Source of the DNA: a candidate division WOR-3 bacterium
GTDB lineage: Bacteria; Hydrothermota; Hydrothermia; LBFQ01
Direction: 5' to 3'
Length of the DNA: 45,525 nt
NCBI GenBank assembly: GCA_027050205.1
Contig: JALUCS010000056.1
Span: 1 to 45,525 of the forward strand
The notes below the pieces were generated by a model. That model was given only the letters and a program-made list of their open reading frames with translations. It made no database searches and had not been told where the DNA came from. Of the stretch, positions 1 to 8,095 are shown piece after piece. The position numbers were made by a program, and so were the translations under genes. How positions within the stretch are numbered: position 1 is the stretch's first letter; every line of letters begins with the position of its first letter.

Positions 1-59
1 TATCAGGCGTATCCGGCAGATGGGAATTACGTTGATAAAAAGATGCGAGGGGGCATTAA

Positions 60-140
60 CCCATCCTCACCTTCAAAAATTGAAAGTGGGACTTTAAGAA
101 ACCGAAAATCACTCTTTAATAAATAACAAATTGAACTTTA
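60..140 (-). repeat. Degenerate 22-bp-period array (dyad TAAAG-N5-CTTTA + 7-bp T-rich linker), 3-4 units
   Basis: Minus strand reads TAAAG-ttcaa-TTTGT tatttat TAAAG-agtga-TTTTC ggtttct TAAAG-tccca-CTTTC aattttt GAAGG; on + strand CTTTA ends at 96, 118 and 140. Confidence 0.75.
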
Positions 141-371
141 AGCTCCTTGCACCCCCCATTAACGAACTTTGAACGGCGTCAAATGATACGACCTACCTTT
201 ATCGCCAATCTTTGGCATACGATCCGGGAAATTCCGTACCAACGTTCATAGGGAGATGCGTTATCCCATCCGCCAAATACCGAAGTTGGACTTCAAATTT
301 TTGGAAAGTGGGACGTAATCGGCACATTTTTCGCCAACAAGATCCCCACATTACCGACGTAACATCGCGAA

Positions 372-1319
372 TCACTTCTCCATCTTATCCACGTTCAAGA
401 TACTCTTTTGGTCCGTCACCAGGACCTTTATCTTCTTGCCGAGTTTGTCTATGTACATATAGGTCAGGATCTTAGGGTTCCTTCTTATGACTTCCCCTAT
501 GACCGATAGGGCCTGGGCCTTACCCTTGGCCTCTACCATCATCTTCTCAACCTTTAGGCTCTCCTGCTTGATGGCGTACTTCATCTTTAAGGCCTCCTGC
601 TCGGCTATCCTCCGCTCCTCCAAGGCCTTCTCGTAGTCCGGGGAGAGCTTTATGTCCCTTATCACGGCGTCTATGAAGAGGAAGCCCATCGGCTCTATCT
701 TGTTCCTTATGTACTCCTTGAGGTCGTACTCCACCCCGTACTGGCTGAAGGACACCAACTCCTCCGCAGTGTATTTGGAGATGATGTACTTTATGGCACC
801 TATGAACGAGGGTCGGATGAACTTCTCCTCGTAGTCGGGACCGAAGTTCCGATGGACCTTCATGAGGTTCTCCGGTACCAGTTTGTACCACATCGTGGCC
901 TCTACCCCTACGGTTATGCCGTCCTTACTGGTACCCCACACCGTACCCTCCCCCTTACGCTTCTTCGTAGGGCTTACCGTTACCTCCCTAACGCGGAGGT
1001 CATAGAGATATACACTCTCAAAGATGGGCATTATGAAGACGGTACCCTCGTGGACGATGCTGTAGGTTTTGAAGAGGCTGTTGAACTTGACGCCGGCGTT
1101 CCCCTGTGGTACCACCTTGACGGAGAGGAAAGCGAGGGCCACCACTATCGCCACTATGGAGCCGGCCACCAGTTGGGGGGTTAGGATGAACTTCCGTACC
1201 GTCCGGATGTCCCCTCCCTTCTCTACCAGTACCTCTTGGGTGCCGTACCTATACACCAAGTAGAACAGGACGAGGAAGAGCGCTACCGGTACGATGACGT
1301 TTACAAGGTCGTAGCTCAT
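372..1319 (-). CDS. SPFH/band 7/prohibitin family membrane protein
   Basis: Two N-terminal TM segments; VVPQGNAGV, SKDGITVGVE, IRDIKL motifs; coiled EERRIAEQEA tail; ATGA overlap with purS. Confidence 0.9.
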   Translation of the reverse strand: MSYDLVNVIVPVALFLVLFYLVYRYGTQEVLVEKGGDIRTVRKFILTPQLVAGSIVAIVVALAFLSVKVVPQGNAGVKFNSLFKTYSIVHEGTVFIMPIFESVYLYDLRVREVTVSPTKKRKGEGTVWGTSKDGITVGVEATMWYKLVPENLMKVHRNFGPDYEEKFIRPSFIGAIKYIISKYTAEELVSFSQYGVEYDLKEYIRNKIEPMGFLFIDAVIRDIKLSPDYEKALEERRIAEQEALKMKYAIKQESLKVEKMMVEAKGKAQALSVIGEVIRRNPKILTYMYIDKLGKKIKVLVTDQKSILNVDKMEK

Positions 1320-1558
1320 AGCCTATGGATGGTATAGTCCTCTATTATAGGGTTGGAGAGGACCTCGCTGGCCATCTTTTCTACCAACGTTTCGGCCTCC
1401 TTTTCGCTGTTGGCCTCCACCTCCAGCTCTATGCTCTTGCCTATCCTCACCTCTCCCACCTCCATACCCATCTCGCGAAGGACGCTTGCAACGGCCCTAC
1501 CCTGTGGGTCTAACAGCTCCTTCCGGGGCATGACGATGACCCTAAACTTGAATCGCAT
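1316..1558 (-). CDS. purS: Phosphoribosylformylglycinamidine synthase subunit PurS
   Basis: 80 aa with LDPQGRAV, VRIGKSIEL and LSNPIIEDY signatures. Confidence 0.95.
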   Translation of the reverse strand: MRFKFRVIVMPRKELLDPQGRAVASVLREMGMEVGEVRIGKSIELEVEANSEKEAETLVEKMASEVLSNPIIEDYTIHRL

Positions 1559-1588
1559 GGCCGACGATTATACCGTTGAAGGACGGGC

Positions 1589-1918
1589 CTACTCCGGAAG
1601 CTCGTCCCTCACGTCCTCGTGGGCCTTGTACTCCTCGTCCTGAAGGACGGAGGTTATGAAGTCGTCTATCTCCCGCTTCGTTAGGAATACCCCGGCGAGA
1701 AGCTTTCCGGTATATCGGTTGTTCTTTATCTCCCAGAACATATAGAATTCCGGGAACCGCTCCTTCAGTTGCCTGTAGGCGACGCCGTACTTACTCGGCT
1801 TCTTGTAGTTCTGCTCTATGAAGAAGTGATTTTCGGACACCTCTATGAGGTTCAGGACGGCACCCGTTTTGGTCTCTACCAGCTTCCACTTGAGGGGTTT
1901 CTCTTTGAGGACCTTCAT
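1589..1918 (-). CDS. Hypothetical protein (109 aa), resembles a Thermococcales conserved protein
   Basis: Start moved to ATG 1918 (TATAAT 10 nt upstream; the longer ORF overlaps mgtE antisense); sequence KYGVAYRQLKERFPEFYMFWEIKNNRYTGKLLAG; family resemblance is from memory. Confidence 0.75.
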   Translation of the reverse strand: MKVLKEKPLKWKLVETKTGAVLNLIEVSENHFFIEQNYKKPSKYGVAYRQLKERFPEFYMFWEIKNNRYTGKLLAGVFLTKREIDDFITSVLQDEEYKAHEDVRDELPE

Positions 1919-1985
1919 AGGTACGGGTATTATACACCCGTTGTTGGGTGTATCTTGCACTTTTAAACGACCGTACAATTGCAAC

Positions 1986-3344
1986 TTGTTTCGGATAGCC
2001 CAGGCCCTCCTCCCGGAAATTCGCGACCTCTTGAGGAACCGGGAGTTGAGGCCTTTGAAGTCCCTCCTGTCCGAGCTCCATCCCGCCGAGATTGAGGATA
2101 TAATCTCCGAGCTTTCCCCTTCAGAGGCCGTTTTGCTCCTGAAACTTCTGCCACCGGAGAAGGCGGCGGAGGTGATCTCCAACCTCCACACCCACAACAT
2201 AGACAAGATAATAGCCGGTTTCTCCGATAAGCAACTCCTTGAGATAATGGAGGAGATGGACGACGACGACCGTACCGCTCTCTTTGAGGAGCTTCCCCCG
2301 GACCTCGTCAGGAAGATCCTATCCCTCCTGCCGGAGGAGGAGAGGGAAATTGCCTTGACCCTTTTGAACTACCCGGAGGACTCCTGCGGTCGCCTTATGA
2401 ATACGGAGTTCGTGGCCCTGAACCGTAAGACCACCGTAAAGGAGGCCTTAGAACACCTTAGGAGGAGCGACTACGCCGACGAGGTACTCTTGACCATATA
2501 CGCATTGGACGACGCCCAACGCCTCCGGGGACAGGTCAAACTGACCACCTTGGTGAAATCTCCGGAGGAGGTCCCCATAGGGAAGCTGGCGGAGAAGGTC
2601 CCCTTCGTATCGGCCTACGACCCCGCCTGGAAGGCGGCCAAGATAATGGCAGACTACGACCTCCTCTCCATACCCGTCGTGGATAGTGCCAACCGTATGC
2701 TCGGCGTGATCACTATAGACGACGTGGTGGACGTGATAGTTGAGGAGAGCGCCGAGGACTTCTTGAGGTTCGCTGCCGTGAGCGATCCGGAGGACAACTA
2801 CTTCCTCCTGCCCGTCTTGGAGAGGGTCAAGAAGAGGCTCCCGTGGTTGGCGGGTTTGGCCCTTCTGGCCAACGTCTCCTCCTTTATAATAGGGGCGTAC
2901 GAGGACGTCCTGAAGGAGGCCGTTATACTCGCCGCCTTCATACCTATCCTGAACGGTACGGCGGGGAACACCGGTTCCCAGTGCGCCAGCTTCGTAATAC
3001 GGGCCCTCGCTACGGGGGAGATTACCCTCAACCCCAAGGAGGTCCTGAAGCTTTGGATGACGGAGATGGTGGGGGTACTCTTCGGTCTCGCCCTCCCCCT
3101 ATCGCTCATAGCAGCAGGGAGCGCCTTCCTCCGTACCCACAACCTCGCCATAACCCTGTCCGTCGCCCTTACTATGACGGTGGCCGTCCTCGTGGCCAAC
3201 AGCATCGGCTTCTTCCTTCCCCTTATCGCCAAGAGGCTCGGTATAGACCCGGCCAGCATATCTGCCCCCCTCAACGCTACCCTGAACGATGCCCTCACCC
3301 TAACCCTCTACTTCACCATCTCCCGCCTCATTCTCCACCTGTAG
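1986..3344 (+). CDS. mgtE: Magnesium transporter MgtE
   Basis: MgtE N domain (LHPAEI, MDDDDR), CBS pair (YPEDSCGRLMN, GVITIDDVVD), TM region GNTGSQ and DPASISAP; probable TTG start at 1986, 6 nt after TACAAT. Confidence 0.95.
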   Translation: MFRIAQALLPEIRDLLRNRELRPLKSLLSELHPAEIEDIISELSPSEAVLLLKLLPPEKAAEVISNLHTHNIDKIIAGFSDKQLLEIMEEMDDDDRTALFEELPPDLVRKILSLLPEEEREIALTLLNYPEDSCGRLMNTEFVALNRKTTVKEALEHLRRSDYADEVLLTIYALDDAQRLRGQVKLTTLVKSPEEVPIGKLAEKVPFVSAYDPAWKAAKIMADYDLLSIPVVDSANRMLGVITIDDVVDVIVEESAEDFLRFAAVSDPEDNYFLLPVLERVKKRLPWLAGLALLANVSSFIIGAYEDVLKEAVILAAFIPILNGTAGNTGSQCASFVIRALATGEITLNPKEVLKLWMTEMVGVLFGLALPLSLIAAGSAFLRTHNLAITLSVALTMTVAVLVANSIGFFLPLIAKRLGIDPASISAPLNATLNDALTLTLYFTISRLILHL

Positions 3345-3909
3345 CCATCGCGTAGGTTTCGGGGTCGTAGAGTACGACCCTATCCACCTTAAGGGTATCC
3401 CTTCCGGTTAAGACCTCAACCTTGACGTAATGCTCCCCTTCCTCTACCTCTGGCTCCAGATACACGTACCCCTCTCCCCGTCCCACGGCTACCACCTTCC
3501 CATCTATGGACACCCTGACCTCCAGGTTCCCATCGCCTTGGACGAGGATGTAGCCATCCCATAGGTCCTCAAGACCGCTTACCTCAACCGTGGGCGTCTC
3601 CTCCACTTCCTTGTTCCCTCCCAGTGGCATCCTTACAAAGAATACGGCCAAAAGGAGAAGGGCGGTGATGGATGCGAAGGCTACGGCGAGACGGAGGTAC
3701 GGGAACCTCCTCTTTACGGTGGGTGGTGGAGGCGGTACCACCTCCCGCGCCATCTCCTCCATCAGGGTAGCGAGCCTCCTCTCCCTCTCGTACAGCCTGC
3801 GGCACTCCCCGCAGGTCTCAAGGTGCCTTAGCACCTCCTCCTTCTCCTCCCCCTCCAACCTCCCTATGGCCAGAAGGGGAATGAGTTCCCTTATCTGCCT
3901 GTGGGTCAT
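3328..3909 (-). CDS. Zinc-finger (zf-HC2) transmembrane anti-sigma factor
   Basis: HLETCGEC (HxxxCxxC) motif, single TM helix, periplasmic beta domain; translationally coupled to the ECF sigma gene. Confidence 0.9.
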   Translation of the reverse strand: MTHRQIRELIPLLAIGRLEGEEKEEVLRHLETCGECRRLYERERRLATLMEEMAREVVPPPPPTVKRRFPYLRLAVAFASITALLLLAVFFVRMPLGGNKEVEETPTVEVSGLEDLWDGYILVQGDGNLEVRVSIDGKVVAVGRGEGYVYLEPEVEEGEHYVKVEVLTGRDTLKVDRVVLYDPETYAMATGGE

Positions 3910-4433
3910 TTTCCTTTCTCCTTCAAAAGTGCCTTTAGCTTTCTCTTCGCCCTGTTCAGTCTGGATTTTACCGTCCCTACGCTAACCCCTGTGGCCTCGG
4001 CTATCTCCCTGTAGGTCATCTTCTCCACGTAGAAGAGGTAGAGGACCTCCCTGTAAGGGTCCGGCAGGGAGTAGTATGCCCGGCGAAAGGCGTCAAGGGG
4101 GACGGCGAAGTCCGGCTCCTCCGTCTCCTCCTCATAGTCGTCCTCCTTGGATAACAGGGGGTTGTCCAGGTCGTCCGCCTCCTCGGAGTAGGGGGCGGGT
4201 AGCAGGGGTAGGTGCCTGTTTCTATACCTCCAGTAGTCGTTCATTACGTTTATGGCTATGCGGAAGAGCCAGGTCTTTACCGAGGACAGGCCTTTGAACC
4301 CGGCGAAACCCTTCAGGGCCTTCGTGAAGACCTCCGAGGTCAGGTCAAGGGCGTCGTTGTAATCCCGGACCTTGGAGTATATGAACCGGAAGACGTCCCC
4401 GTAGTGTTTCCTGTAGACCTCCTCAAACGACAC
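3906..4433 (-). CDS. ECF RNA polymerase sigma-70 factor
   Basis: Region 2 DLTSEVF...KTWLFRIAIN; region 4 TYREIAEATGVSVGTVKSRLNRAK. Confidence 0.95.
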   Translation of the reverse strand: MSFEEVYRKHYGDVFRFIYSKVRDYNDALDLTSEVFTKALKGFAGFKGLSSVKTWLFRIAINVMNDYWRYRNRHLPLLPAPYSEEADDLDNPLLSKEDDYEEETEEPDFAVPLDAFRRAYYSLPDPYREVLYLFYVEKMTYREIAEATGVSVGTVKSRLNRAKRKLKALLKEKGK

Positions 4434-4463
4434 CGTACATTAGACCCCGGTATGTTCCCGCAT

Positions 4464-4486
4464 AAAAAAGGGGGGCAAAGCCCCCC
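4464..4486 (-). terminator. Rho-independent terminator of the S8 protease gene
   Basis: Minus strand GGGGGGC-TTT-GCCCCCC followed by TTTTTT, about 23 nt after the stop at 4510. Confidence 0.85.
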
Positions 4487-4509
4487 CCTCGTACCTTTCC
4501 CGCGTAAGG

Positions 4510-6669
4510 TCATCGGATCATCAGGCGGTAGCTCCGTCCCTCGCTTACGACGAAGAACACTCCCCTGTGGAGCCTCACCCTCTGGCCGCCCTTGAAGGAG
4601 CCGATCAGACGGCCGTCGCTCGCATAGACCTTCGCCCCCTTCAGGAAGAGGACGGTCTGACCGGATACGGTGTAGGGCAGGTAGGAGGATCTGGACCTGG
4701 GAGACTCCTCAACGGATAGGCCGTCCCCGTTTCCGCAGGGGCCGGCGTCCACGACCACGAGGCTGTAGGGCTGGGTGCCGCCGGGTTTGGGGTTGTTGAG
4801 GGCGCGACCGTATACCTTAACCCTCCATATCCCCCTCTTGGCGGGGGCGACGTACACCACCTCAACGTTGTTTAAGTAGTCCCTGCCTGTCGGGTTGGGT
4901 ACGGAGACCCCATCGCTGATGATGTTGCCGTGGTACTCGTTGCCATCCGCCCCTTCAACTATGAGGTCAAGGTCGTTCTGGAGGTAGGCGCCGGGGGCGT
5001 CCGTCCAGGCCAGCACGATCTTCACGTAGTCGGTGTACATAGACTCGTTGCAGCCAACGATGACGTCGTAGACGGCCGTATCGCCGGCGGAGATGCCAAC
5101 GCTGTCGTCGACGACGAAGAGGCGGTGCCTGTACTCCGGGGGCATATCGGCGAAGAAGAGGACCCTGCTTAGGTTGACCCCTCCGAAGCCCACCTCGTTG
5201 TTGGGAGGCGTAGGCTCGTACTCAAGGGGCTGGGCGGAGGCTATGAGGGCGGCCTTCAGAAGGGACCCTTGGGGTACGAAACCGTTGGCCGTGTCCCTGA
5301 CTCCGTTGGGATACCAGCCCTCCCTGAAGTACTGGCGGACGAGGAGGGCCGTACCGGCGGCCGCAGGGGCGGCCATAGAGGTACCCTGAAAACCGCTCGT
5401 GAGGATGCTGCAAGAGTAAGTCCTATCGGTCCGATTCCGAGCAGAGCCTATGAAGGAAGGTGAATAATGATAGTCCCCTCCGGGGGTCATAACGTCGGGT
5501 TTTATCCTGCCGTCGTAGGTGGGACCCTGGGAGGAGTAGTAGGCCCTATGCTCATGAGGTTTCGTAAAAGCGTCAAATGCACCTGTAGCACCAACAGTAA
5601 GGGCATTTTTGGCCGTAGCAGGGGAACCTAAACTACCGTCCTCGGAGGCATCTTCATCGCTAGAGTTCCCGGCGGCAACTGTCACCAGAGCATCCGGATT
5701 GTCCCACATGAAAGCGTCCACATCTTGAGCTGCAGAGCTGTAGGTGTTAAATGCAGATCCCCAGGAGAAGTTGACCACCCTTGCTCCCCGGCTGTAGAAG
5801 TCGGTCAGGATATCGTATATGGATGAACTATAACATATACTTCCGCAACTGCCGCAGGAGGGACCTCCCGCGTCCCCGAATACCAACTTGGCTTTGTAGG
5901 CCATCCCCTTGTAGTTATAGAAGACGGAACTCGCAGAGTCGGGATAGCCAACGAAGGTTCCGCTTACGTGCGTACCGTGGGAGTAGCTACACGAGGCAAA
6001 GTCGTCGGCGTAGCTGGAGAGTACCATATAGTCCAGGACCTTCCTGTGGGTGGGGCCGGGTAGGACGACGCTGGTATCCCTGAAGAAGCAAGAGTAGTAG
6101 TCCAGACCGGTGTCCATCACCCCACCTACCTCACCCTCACCGTTTATGCCGTGCGCCCAGACGAGGGAATCCCCCTCAACGTGGGTCTGAATGTACCAGC
6201 GGGTATGGTTGTTCCAGAGGTACTTCCTTAGGTCCGGTTCCACCTTGGAAACCACCTCAAAGGCGGCGAGCTGACGGGAGATCCTTAGGACATCGCCGGG
6301 TGGCACGGAGACCTTGAACCTTGGCATTATGGAGGTGGGGAACCTTTCGGGCAGGAGGCCGAGGGAGGAGATGGCATCAAACAGCGTAGCCTCGTCCTCA
6401 CCGGGGTAGCCGGAGACTATGAGCCTCACCTTTCCGCCGTACAGGGCGTCTTCCAACTTGCCCTCGTAGATCAAAGGGCTAACCTTCAGGGCTTCGGGGA
6501 CGGGGCGGACGTTTGCGTCCTTCAGCTTGAGGTTTTCGGGAACGTACGCGATGTAGCCGTAGGACGGGACGTACTGGTATATGCGCACGCCTCGCTCCCG
6601 GAGGCTCTGGGCGTTTATCCCTTCCTCTCCACTTATCAAGGCCCATCCACCTATCAGGACCGTTATCAT
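4510..6669 (-). CDS. S8 subtilase (KP-43-like) with T9SS type A-like C-terminal sorting domain
   Basis: Catalytic DTG / HGTHV / GTSMA; KP-43-type C domain (WTD, NDLDL, NNVE); tail VYASDGRL..LHRGVFFV..RLMIR. Confidence 0.9.
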   Translation of the reverse strand: MITVLIGGWALISGEEGINAQSLRERGVRIYQYVPSYGYIAYVPENLKLKDANVRPVPEALKVSPLIYEGKLEDALYGGKVRLIVSGYPGEDEATLFDAISSLGLLPERFPTSIMPRFKVSVPPGDVLRISRQLAAFEVVSKVEPDLRKYLWNNHTRWYIQTHVEGDSLVWAHGINGEGEVGGVMDTGLDYYSCFFRDTSVVLPGPTHRKVLDYMVLSSYADDFASCSYSHGTHVSGTFVGYPDSASSVFYNYKGMAYKAKLVFGDAGGPSCGSCGSICYSSSIYDILTDFYSRGARVVNFSWGSAFNTYSSAAQDVDAFMWDNPDALVTVAAGNSSDEDASEDGSLGSPATAKNALTVGATGAFDAFTKPHEHRAYYSSQGPTYDGRIKPDVMTPGGDYHYSPSFIGSARNRTDRTYSCSILTSGFQGTSMAAPAAAGTALLVRQYFREGWYPNGVRDTANGFVPQGSLLKAALIASAQPLEYEPTPPNNEVGFGGVNLSRVLFFADMPPEYRHRLFVVDDSVGISAGDTAVYDVIVGCNESMYTDYVKIVLAWTDAPGAYLQNDLDLIVEGADGNEYHGNIISDGVSVPNPTGRDYLNNVEVVYVAPAKRGIWRVKVYGRALNNPKPGGTQPYSLVVVDAGPCGNGDGLSVEESPRSRSSYLPYTVSGQTVLFLKGAKVYASDGRLIGSFKGGQRVRLHRGVFFVVSEGRSYRLMIR

Positions 6670-6711
6670 AACACCGGTATTATACAGGAGGGATGTCGGG
6701 CTTGGCGGTCC

Positions 6712-8094
6712 TTACGGTAGCCTCTCCAGCACCTCCATAAGCCGACGCCTGTTGGGGAAGGTCTCCTTCAGGTACTTCAGGGTGCGTTCGTACTCCTTCG
6801 GGGAGATCTCCCGCATCAGCTTCAGGAGTTCCGCCACCTTCGGGTATAGGCTCCACCTCCGGCCGGAGGCTATCCGCACCGCCTCCTCCCTTATTATGGG
6901 CAAAGCAGCCTCACCTATGCGTCTGGCGTTCCTTATGACGAGGGGGGTGAGGACCTCCCTATCCACCATCCCCTTCAACTTCGGCAGATCCTCCGGCGAG
7001 ACCTCGGCGACGTAGTGCGCGTACTCCTCCAGCGAAAGGCTCTTCAGGAGCCGCTCCAGATCGGAGAAGGTATCCTCCGGTACGAGGTCCTTCAGGGCGA
7101 GGAGCATTGAGGCCGTGGGTCTCCTTGAGAGGAGTTTCAGGGCCACGTCCGGCTCACCGCCAACCTGAAGGTAGTAGAGGACGAGGGGAGGGTAGAGTCC
7201 GAACCTGTCCATGCACTTCCTCGCTATCTCGCGGGCCTTTCTCTTGGGCAGGAGGGTGTTCAGGAGGTAGTCAAGGCAGGCGTCGGCGCTGGAGAAGGAG
7301 AGCCTCTCCGGTACCACCTCCCCCTCAACCCTGACGAGGTCATAGGGTACCCCCTCATCAACCGCCCTCACCCTCTCCTCCTCCGTAAGGAGGTCCCCGA
7401 AGTTCAAACCTGGCAACTCGCACCCGTTAGAGGTGAGGGCCTCGTGGATGTACCGGAGGTACCGCACCTTATCCTCCGCCCTCCTGACGATCCCCCTCAA
7501 GGCGACCCTTAAAGTGTGGGGGCAGGGGGTTCCCCTCCTCTTGAACGCCTTTATGGCCCTCTCTACGAAGCCTTCGGCCTCAAAGGTGTCGTATATCACG
7601 GGGACGAAGGGGAGGAGTCCCGTAAGGGGGGACGGGTCCCCGTACTTCTCAAACCTCCGTAGAGTCATCTCCGGCCCCTCCATCAGGGCCTTCTTTACGT
7701 TCTCCGGGAGGTAGTCCATCAGCAGCTCCGCCATCTCCTCCCTGTGGAGCCTCATGACTATCTCCCTCACCTCCGGTCCCCCCTTCCTCTTGAGGATGAG
7801 GAGGGAGGCGTATATGTGTTTGCAGGGCGGGTCGGAGCGGCAGGTACACATGCCGAGGAGGGTGTCCCCGTCGTAGGAGAGGGTTATTGAGTAGGAGTCG
7901 GCGACCTGTCCGGAGGACCTGAAGTGGGCCTTATCCGGCATTACGTCCGTCGGGATGACCTTCCCGGATGAGAAGTACTCCTCTCCCCTGCGTCTTACCG
8001 GGGCTGAGAACCTGTCCTCTATCCTGTCCCAGTCCTTCTCAATCACCTCTTTGAGGTTCTTCCTGCCCGGTACGGTCAGGTGCAGGAATCCCAT
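6712..8094 (-). CDS. SWIM zinc-finger domain protein
   Basis: RRGEEYF upstream motif and CTC-x5-CKH SWIM signature, followed by a long helical region. Confidence 0.85.
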   Translation of the reverse strand: MGFLHLTVPGRKNLKEVIEKDWDRIEDRFSAPVRRRGEEYFSSGKVIPTDVMPDKAHFRSSGQVADSYSITLSYDGDTLLGMCTCRSDPPCKHIYASLLILKRKGGPEVREIVMRLHREEMAELLMDYLPENVKKALMEGPEMTLRRFEKYGDPSPLTGLLPFVPVIYDTFEAEGFVERAIKAFKRRGTPCPHTLRVALRGIVRRAEDKVRYLRYIHEALTSNGCELPGLNFGDLLTEEERVRAVDEGVPYDLVRVEGEVVPERLSFSSADACLDYLLNTLLPKRKAREIARKCMDRFGLYPPLVLYYLQVGGEPDVALKLLSRRPTASMLLALKDLVPEDTFSDLERLLKSLSLEEYAHYVAEVSPEDLPKLKGMVDREVLTPLVIRNARRIGEAALPIIREEAVRIASGRRWSLYPKVAELLKLMREISPKEYERTLKYLKETFPNRRRLMEVLERLP

Positions 8095-8095
8095 A

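Noticed and set aside
1316..1558. Orphan purS away from purQ/purL, and lptB away from lptA/lptC
   Set aside because: Scattered operons are common in thermophiles with shuffled genomes; not informative alone
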